This document shows positions 57,893 through 64,000 of a stretch of 64,000 bases of DNA, in pieces. The DNA is from Prolixibacteraceae bacterium (lineage in GTDB: Bacteria; Bacteroidota; Bacteroidia; Bacteroidales; Prolixibacteraceae): the NCBI GenBank assembly GCA_039679975.1, contig JBDKTZ010000135.1, forward strand, positions 9,394-73,393, in the 5' to 3' direction. Position 1 is the stretch's first letter. Each line of letters starts with the position of its first letter. A program made the translations under genes and the position numbers. The notes beneath the pieces are model-generated. The model searched no databases, was not told where the DNA came from, and saw nothing but the letters and a program-made list of their open reading frames with translations.

Positions 57893-60046
57893 ATGAAGAA
57901 GGTTTTTTTAGCAGTTTTTACCCTTGGCACATTACTGCATGGAACGGCCAGCGCGGATGAGGGTATGTGGCTGCCATCGCTGATCCAAAAGCTTAACATC
58001 AGCGATATGAAACAACTTGGTTGTGAATTAAGTGCCGATGATATCTACAATATTAACCGATCCAGTCTTAAAGATGCTGTTGTGGCTCTCGATCGTGGTT
58101 CATGCACTGGTGAACTGGTATCGTCCGAAGGGCTTTTGCTGACCAACCATCATTGCGGCTTCGGAGAGATACAGGCACACAGTTCAGTGGAGCACGATTA
58201 CCTCCGTGACGGGTTTTGGGCAAAATCATACAAAGAAGAACTACCCAATCCCGGAAAGACTGCATCTTTTTTGGTACGGATCGAAGATGTTACCGACCGA
58301 ATCCTGGATAGTATAAAAGCCGATGCCGGCAAGGAAGAATGGGAAACCGGAATTCAGAAAATGGCTTTCGAAATTCAGAAAGAAGCCACAAAAGATACTC
58401 ATTACGATGCCCGCGTACAATCGTTGTTCAATGGTAACCGCTATTACCTGTTTGTGTACGAAACCTTTCGCGATGTCAGACTGGTAGGGACACCTCCTGA
58501 ATCGATCGGTAAATTCGGAGGAGATACGGACAACTGGATGTGGCCCCGCCACACCGGCGACTTCAGCATCTTTCGTATTTATTGCGCTCCCGATGGGAAG
58601 CCGGCCGACTACTCCGAAGAAAATGTTCCCTATCATCCCAAACATCATTTGCCAATCTCTTTAAATGGTTATGAAAAAGGGGATTTTGCCATGATTCTTG
58701 GCTTCCCCGGCAGCACAAACCGATACAAGTCGGCCGCCGGCGTGAATTATACGATGACGGTCACTAATCCGGTGCGTGTTGCAGCACGCCAGGTTAAACT
58801 GGACATTATAAAAGAGTACATGAGCACCGGACAGAAGCCTTCTATTCAGTATGCATCCAAATATGCCCGCAGTTCCAATTACTATAAATACAGCATCGGA
58901 CAAAACAAGGGTCTGGCGGCACTTGACGTGATTGAAAAGAAAAAAGCAATCGAAGAAAAATTCATGAACTGGGTGAATCAGGATGAAGAACGTAAAACAA
59001 AATACGGGAAAGCCCTCGACATGATTGAAAGTGCATACAAGAATACCGAAGATGAAAAAGCGTATGAATACCTGATTGAAACGATGCTTCGGGGACCCGA
59101 GATTTTTTACTTCAGCTATGATGCAAAAGGCTTGTATGAGGCGTTGAAAAGCGGAGATAATCAGGAAAGGATCAATGCCAATAAAGAACGGTTGAAAGCT
59201 GAATTGGATGAGTACTTTAAAGATTACGACGCTGCCACCGATCAAAAAATTACAGCAGCACTGATGCGTTTGTACGACAAGAATGTTGACCCCGCCTTCC
59301 ATCCCGCTTTCTTTAAAGAAATAAAGTCGAAATACAAAAGTAATTTTGATGCGTACGTGGAAAAAATGTTCGACAAGACCATCTTTGCAGATCAGCAAAA
59401 GATGGAAGCTTTCCTTCAAGATCCAAAATTTAAGGTACTGGATAAAGATCCGGCTTTCCAAACAGCTGCCAGTATCTTTAACGAGATGACGGCCATTGGG
59501 GAGATGGTGAATAAGAATACGGATGACCTGCAGGAAGGTAACCGACTGTTTGTTGCCGGTCTCATGGAAATGGATAAAGACCGCAAGTTCTATCCGGATG
59601 CCAATTCTTCGTTGCGCATGACCTACGGAACAGTGGGTGACTATATTCCTCGCGATGCCGTAGCCTACAACTACTATACGACATTAAAAGGTTACATTGA
59701 AAAGGAAATCCCGGGTGACACCGAATTCGATGTTCCCCAAAGGCTGAAAGAACTTTATTATGCCGGCGACTATGGCGATTATGCTGATAAAGACGGCACT
59801 TTGCATGCCTGTTTTATCACCAACAACGACATCACAGGCGGAAACTCCGGAAGCCCTGTGATTAACGGAAAGGGACAGCTGACCGGTATTGCGTTCGACG
59901 GGAACTGGGAAGCCATGAGCGGAGATATTGCCTTTGAACCGGAAGTGCAAAAATGTATTTCGGTGGATATCCGTTTTGTTTTATGGATCATTGACAAATT
60001 TGCCGGTGCGCAGAACCTGATCGATGAGATGACAATCGTTAAATAA
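57893..60046 (+). CDS. S46-family dipeptidyl-peptidase (DPP7-type)
   Basis: Signal peptide then DEGMWLP. Catalytic His in TNHHCG and catalytic Ser in GGNSGSP. Gly occupies the position 18 residues after the catalytic Ser (FDG). Confidence 0.9.
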   Translation: MKKVFLAVFTLGTLLHGTASADEGMWLPSLIQKLNISDMKQLGCELSADDIYNINRSSLKDAVVALDRGSCTGELVSSEGLLLTNHHCGFGEIQAHSSVEHDYLRDGFWAKSYKEELPNPGKTASFLVRIEDVTDRILDSIKADAGKEEWETGIQKMAFEIQKEATKDTHYDARVQSLFNGNRYYLFVYETFRDVRLVGTPPESIGKFGGDTDNWMWPRHTGDFSIFRIYCAPDGKPADYSEENVPYHPKHHLPISLNGYEKGDFAMILGFPGSTNRYKSAAGVNYTMTVTNPVRVAARQVKLDIIKEYMSTGQKPSIQYASKYARSSNYYKYSIGQNKGLAALDVIEKKKAIEEKFMNWVNQDEERKTKYGKALDMIESAYKNTEDEKAYEYLIETMLRGPEIFYFSYDAKGLYEALKSGDNQERINANKERLKAELDEYFKDYDAATDQKITAALMRLYDKNVDPAFHPAFFKEIKSKYKSNFDAYVEKMFDKTIFADQQKMEAFLQDPKFKVLDKDPAFQTAASIFNEMTAIGEMVNKNTDDLQEGNRLFVAGLMEMDKDRKFYPDANSSLRMTYGTVGDYIPRDAVAYNYYTTLKGYIEKEIPGDTEFDVPQRLKELYYAGDYGDYADKDGTLHACFITNNDITGGNSGSPVINGKGQLTGIAFDGNWEAMSGDIAFEPEVQKCISVDIRFVLWIIDKFAGAQNLIDEMTIVK

Positions 60047-60065
60047 AAGATTTCACTCCATTCAG

Positions 60066-60104
60066 GAAAAACAGGAATCCTTCGGTAGAGTTCCTGTTTT
60101 TTTA
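60066..60104 (+). terminator. intrinsic terminator after the S46 peptidase gene
   Basis: ACAGGAA (60071-60077) / TTCCTGT (60091-60097) stem followed by TTTTTTT. Confidence 0.75.
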
Positions 60105-60122
60105 TGTCTGGCGGGAAATAAC

Positions 60123-60130
60123 TAATTTTG
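60123..60130 (+). promoter_or_regulatory. -7 promoter box (TAATTTTG) upstream of the serine hydrolase gene
   Basis: TAnnTTTG match 22 nt before the ATG at 60152. Confidence 0.4.
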
Positions 60131-60151
60131 GCTTACTCTTAAATCTGCACG

Positions 60152-61495
60152 ATGAAAAAAAAGTGGTTCATTCCCGGTATTTTTCTGATCATCCTGCTGG
60201 GAGGCAGCATCTATCTAAACCAGTTGCTGCCTGTGATTACAGGTTATGCCGCTAAAAACCTGGCCTCAGGCGTATTTGTGGCAGGCCGGACGCAGGAATC
60301 AATTGAAAATGAAGACCTCCGTTTCTCCGCTATTCACTATACCCGGAATACGATTGATTTTGAAAGGAAAGAGGTTACCAGCCGCTTTTTATGGGGAAAA
60401 TCGAAAGCTGTTTACCTGAATGGATATGGCTGTACGCTTGTCAAAGACTATCCGGACGAAGAAATAAAAGGCAGAAACTATCCTGTTCTTTCGGCACGGC
60501 CCGAAAATCCGGATACCATCGCATGGCCGATGGGAAACCTGACATCAGATACCATTCCGCCCGGTCTTAATAGGGTAAAGCTGGATCAGGTCGTTAACAA
60601 GGCCATGGCCGATTCTCTGCCCTACAAGGGTACATTTGCCCTCATGGTTGTGTTTAAAGGATATCCTGTGGCAGAAGTTTATCGCAGTGATTTTGACCCG
60701 GAGACCCGGTTTTTAAGCTGGTCCATGGCAAAAAGCATCACTTCCGCGCTGATCGGCTTTCGCGTCAAAGAAGGGAAGCTGGATGTTCACCGGCCTGTTG
60801 ACCTTCCGGAATGGAAGAAAGACAGCCGCCGCGAAATTACCCTGGATCACTTACTGCATATGACCAGCGGCCTTGACTGGAACGAAGACTACGGCAACCT
60901 TTCGGATGTGACCGTGATGTTACATAAGGAAGGAAATATGGGGAAGTTCACAGCTCAAAAGCCATTGGAATACCGACCTGGCACAAACTGGAAATATTCT
61001 TCAGGAACAACAAATCTGGTCAGCCTCATTCTGCGTCATTCATTTGAATTGGATGACGACTATCACCGCTATCCAAGAGAGGCACTTTTTAATCAAACAG
61101 GCATGACCAGCGCGATATTTGAAATGGACGCTTCCGGAACATTTGTCGGATCATCATACGTGTACGCCACCATGCGAGATTACGCGCGGTTTGCACTTCT
61201 TTACCTGAATGAGGGTGAATGGATGGGAAAACAGTTACTGCCGGCAAGCTGGATTCACTACACCTTGTCTCCCGCTGCCGGGTCGGGCGGGAAGTACGGC
61301 GCCTCTTTCTGGCTGAACCGCTCGGGCGATCAGCCTGATGCACCAAAAGACATGTACATGTGCAAAGGGCACGACGGACAGTTCATCTTCATTATACCCT
61401 CCAGACAATTGATCGTGATCAGAACGGGTTATTCCCAACACGGTGAGTTTGACACAAACCTGATGCTGAAAGAAATACTGAAATGCATTGACTAG
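60152..61495 (+). CDS. serine hydrolase (beta-lactamase / PBP4*-like family)
   Basis: N-terminal TM helix, SxxK motif (SMAKS), YSSG (YxN-like) motif. 447 aa. Confidence 0.8.
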   Translation: MKKKWFIPGIFLIILLGGSIYLNQLLPVITGYAAKNLASGVFVAGRTQESIENEDLRFSAIHYTRNTIDFERKEVTSRFLWGKSKAVYLNGYGCTLVKDYPDEEIKGRNYPVLSARPENPDTIAWPMGNLTSDTIPPGLNRVKLDQVVNKAMADSLPYKGTFALMVVFKGYPVAEVYRSDFDPETRFLSWSMAKSITSALIGFRVKEGKLDVHRPVDLPEWKKDSRREITLDHLLHMTSGLDWNEDYGNLSDVTVMLHKEGNMGKFTAQKPLEYRPGTNWKYSSGTTNLVSLILRHSFELDDDYHRYPREALFNQTGMTSAIFEMDASGTFVGSSYVYATMRDYARFALLYLNEGEWMGKQLLPASWIHYTLSPAAGSGGKYGASFWLNRSGDQPDAPKDMYMCKGHDGQFIFIIPSRQLIVIRTGYSQHGEFDTNLMLKEILKCID

Positions 61496-61512
61496 ACACA
61501 AGTATCAAGAAA

Positions 61513-61647
61513 GTCGTAAGTAATGAGTCGTAAGTCGTAAGACAGGAGAGCGCTATGCCCCATGCGCTGTGCTCCATGCACTATGCCCCATGCCCCGTGC
61601 CGTTTTACCCTGCAACCCTGTCACCTTGAAACCTTGCAACCCTCCCT
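61513..61647. repeat. spacer made of three blocks of degenerate 7-8 nt tandem repeats
   Basis: Block A is GTCGTAA GTAATGA GTCGTAA GTCGTAA (61513-61540). Block B is seven RTGCnnn heptamers (61555-61603). Block C is CCTGCAA CCCTGTCA CCTTGAAA CCTTGCAA CCCTCCC (61608-61647). Confidence 0.75.
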
Positions 61648-62736
61648 TCATGCATATTGCGTGCCTTTCAGCTGCCGGACATCGTTCACAAATTGGCGGA
61701 TCTGCTGTTCATCTTCTTTTCGGCAAACCAGAAGCGTATTCTCAGACTCAACAACAATATATCCATCCAGGCCCTGAAGAACAACAATTTTATCGTCGGG
61801 AACATTCACCAGACAGTTTTGCGAATTATACAGTAACACGCTTTCACCCTTTACGTAATTCGCATGTTCATCTTTTCCCAGCGATTCATACAAAGCCCCC
61901 CAGGTTTCCAGATCGCTCCATCCAAAGTCTGAGCACAGCACATACACGTTCTCAGCTTTTTCCATGATACCATAATCGATCGATATGTTCTGGCACTCCG
62001 AATAGGTCTTATTAATAAAATATACCTCGTCGTCGGTCCCGTAAAGCTTCTCTCCTCGTTTAAACAAACTGGCCATATCGGGTAACCATGTGTCAAAAGC
62101 CTGCAAAATACCTTTAAGCTGCCAGATGAAAATTCCCGCATTCCAGAAAAACTCACCGCTTTCAATAAAGACATTCGCCATTTCAAGGCCAGGCTTCTCG
62201 GTAAACGTCTTCACCTTAAATAAATTATTCATTTGCCTGAATGGTACTCTTCCGTCAATCTGGATATAGCCATAGGCGGTTTCAGGACGGTGCGGTGTGA
62301 TCCCCAGTGTAACCAAAGCATCATTCTCTGTAATGAATTCAAGACCGGCCTCTACCTGAATTAAAAATTCCTTTTCCTGTAAAATCAAGTGGTCTGACGG
62401 AGCAACAATAATATGGGCACCCGGATTGACAAGATTAATCCGGTTACAGGCATAGGCTATACAGGGCGCAGTATTCCGGCGCAAAGGTTCGAGCAACACC
62501 TGCTCCTCCCCGAGTTCAGGAAGCTGGCTCAGTACCAGTTCTTTATAACTGACATTCGTCACAACAAGGAAATTTTCGACGGGACAGACCTTTCGGAAAC
62601 GGTCAAAGGTCATCTGGATTAACGTGCGACCTGTACCCGTGATATCCAGAAATTGCTTTGGCATGGAACTTTTACTCAGTGGCCAAAAACGACTCCCTAT
62701 ACCTCCGGCCATAATCACACAATAATTGTTCTTCAT
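61648..62736 (-). CDS. manC: mannose-1-phosphate guanylyltransferase
   Basis: IMAGGIGSRFWPLS nucleotidyltransferase motif. 362 aa. Confidence 0.85.
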   Translation of the reverse strand: MKNNYCVIMAGGIGSRFWPLSKSSMPKQFLDITGTGRTLIQMTFDRFRKVCPVENFLVVTNVSYKELVLSQLPELGEEQVLLEPLRRNTAPCIAYACNRINLVNPGAHIIVAPSDHLILQEKEFLIQVEAGLEFITENDALVTLGITPHRPETAYGYIQIDGRVPFRQMNNLFKVKTFTEKPGLEMANVFIESGEFFWNAGIFIWQLKGILQAFDTWLPDMASLFKRGEKLYGTDDEVYFINKTYSECQNISIDYGIMEKAENVYVLCSDFGWSDLETWGALYESLGKDEHANYVKGESVLLYNSQNCLVNVPDDKIVVLQGLDGYIVVESENTLLVCRKEDEQQIRQFVNDVRQLKGTQYA

Positions 62737-62875
62737 AATCTCCGTTTTTTGAACGACAAACCAAATATACTTAATTTAAAAACGAATTTGATTCAGTTTT
62801 TATTGGTTACACAACATGCCGGGAAAGGAGAACGGAAACCGGAGACTCACGGCTAAAAGCTAACAGTTAAAAGCT

Positions 62876-62883
62876 TATTTTTG
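62876..62883 (+). promoter_or_regulatory. -7 promoter box (TATTTTTG) upstream of mlaE
   Basis: TAnnTTTG match 25 nt before the ATG at 62909. Confidence 0.45.
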
Positions 62884-62908
62884 TACCTTTATCGAAAAAG
62901 TAAGACAG

Positions 62909-63646
62909 ATGAATTTCTTCTATCATATAGGCCGGTACTTTTCCCTCCTGTTCCGGGTTTTTTCACGACCCGAGAAATGGAAGATCTATGTACGCCGGCT
63001 TTTTCAGGAGATTGAAAGCCTGGGGATCAATTCGGTAGGCATTGTGGTGATCATTTCTATTTTCATGGGCGGGATCATCACTCTCCAGGTGGCTTATAAC
63101 CTGCAAAACCCGTTTCTCCCGACTTATCTGATCGGTCTGGGTAACCGCGATACGCTGATCCTCGAGTTCTCGTCAACGATCATGGGGCTGATCATGGCCG
63201 GAAAGATCGGATCTAATATCGCTTCAGAGCTGGGAAGTATGCGGGTGACCGAACAAATTGACTCGCTGGAAATCATGGGTGTCAATTCAGCCAGTTTTCT
63301 GATTCTGCCCAAGATTGTTGCGGTCGTACTAATGTTCCCTTTTTTGTACGTCCTCAGTGTTTTCTTCGGGATGGCTGGCGGACTGATTGTCGGACCGGCG
63401 GTGGGTGCCGTGACCGCCACCAATTATATCGACGGCATTCAGCATACCTTTGTACCCTATTATGTTTATTTTTCTTTGATCAAAACCCTGTTCTTCGGGT
63501 TTTTGGTGGCATCGATCCCGGCCTATTTTGGGTACCATGTTGAAGGCGGCGCTTACGAAGTGGGAGAAGCCAGTACGCGGGCTGTAGTCAACACCAATAT
63601 CATGATCCTGGTATTCGACTTAATATTAACGCAATTACTTTTCTAA
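62909..63646 (+). CDS. mlaE: MlaE-family ABC transporter permease
   Basis: Five TM helices and the MlaE-like pattern RVTEQIDSLEIMG. Confidence 0.85.
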   Translation: MNFFYHIGRYFSLLFRVFSRPEKWKIYVRRLFQEIESLGINSVGIVVIISIFMGGIITLQVAYNLQNPFLPTYLIGLGNRDTLILEFSSTIMGLIMAGKIGSNIASELGSMRVTEQIDSLEIMGVNSASFLILPKIVAVVLMFPFLYVLSVFFGMAGGLIVGPAVGAVTATNYIDGIQHTFVPYYVYFSLIKTLFFGFLVASIPAYFGYHVEGGAYEVGEASTRAVVNTNIMILVFDLILTQLLF

Positions 63647-64000
63647 TGATCCGGGTTGAACAGCTATATAAATCATTCGACGGGAAAAACGTACTAAACG
63701 ATATTTCCGCACAGTTTCTGAAAGGTCAGACCAATCTGATCATCGGAAGGAGCGGTTCAGGAAAAACAGTTCTGCTCAAGTCGATCGTCGGATTGTTCGA
63801 AATTGACGGCGGCAGCATCTACTACGACAACAGGAACTTCACGATCATGAAACCGCAGGAACGTAAATTGCTGCGACAGGAAATGGGTATGGTTTTTCAG
63901 GGAGGCGCGCTTTTTGATTCGCTCACGGTCGAGCAAAATGTCCGTTTCCCGCTCGATTTGTTTACCACCCAGTCGGCAATGGAAAAACAAAAGAGGGTTG
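63646..64000 (+). CDS. mlaF: MlaF-type ABC transporter ATP-binding protein (5' part, runs off the window)
   Basis: The ATG overlaps the mlaE stop (TAATG). Translation MIRVEQLYKSFDGKNVLNDIS...GRSGSGKTVLLK contains a Walker A motif. There is no stop before the window end. Confidence 0.8.
   Translation, partial: MIRVEQLYKSFDGKNVLNDISAQFLKGQTNLIIGRSGSGKTVLLKSIVGLFEIDGGSIYYDNRNFTIMKPQERKLLRQEMGMVFQGGALFDSLTVEQNVRFPLDLFTTQSAMEKQKRV

Noticed and set aside
61513-61647. Possible CRISPR-like or minisatellite array.
   Set aside because: The repeat period is 7-8 nt with no unique spacers, and no cas genes are nearby. It is classed as a short-period spacer repeat instead.
61562-61967. Cys/Pro-rich ORFs (71 aa and 132 aa) across the heptamer spacer and antisense to manC.
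   Set aside because: These are translation artefacts of C-rich heptamer repeats, and they are otherwise antisense to a well-supported manC gene.
1-64000. Search for mobile elements, CRISPR arrays, rRNA, tmRNA, RNase P and SRP RNA, toxin-antitoxin pairs and known defence genes.
   Set aside because: I found no transposase, integrase or recombinase motifs. I found no repeat-spacer arrays. I found no conserved cores such as GAGGAAAGUCC or the SRP GGAA tetraloop context. None are reported.

Overview
This window looks like a core chromosomal segment of a Bacteroidota genome. Supporting signs are TAnnTTTG -7 promoter boxes, an S46 dipeptidyl-peptidase, a DUF2723 giant membrane protein, a long-tailed S16 and MacAB-TolC style operons. 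I call about 59 protein-coding genes, mostly housekeeping: cls, lpxK, sppA, folK, rpsT, oxyR, ppk1, prfB, rpsP, hflX, rnhB, purD, lysC, dgt, gltX, manC and mlaEF. I also call two tRNAs, Glu-UUC and Ala-GGC, both folded by hand. I found no rRNA, CRISPR array, integrase, transposase or recognisable defence island. I could not identify a clear-cut novel multi-gene system. The strongest leads are: (1) a PPK1 reading frame that runs without a stop into a complete ArsC/Spx-family domain; (2) a RimK-type ATP-grasp ligase with a roughly 215-aa N-terminal extension next to a RimI-like GNAT; (3) two tandem 57-nt units at 54.35-54.46 kb whose hairpin arms differ by four compensatory base-pair changes; (4) a dispersed family of heptamer-built spacer elements at convergent gene ends (33.24 kb and 61.5 kb share 25 of 27 nt); (5) an AraC / secreted NTF2-like / 965-aa ABC module downstream of tRNA-Ala; (6) a divergent Crp/Fnr and 4Fe-4S pair with a TTGTAC-N6-TTACAA box. 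prfB carries the classical +1 frameshift site, and one of two tandem lipoprotein paralogs is disrupted by a 1-nt deletion. All functional calls rest on motif recognition by eye, because no database search was possible.
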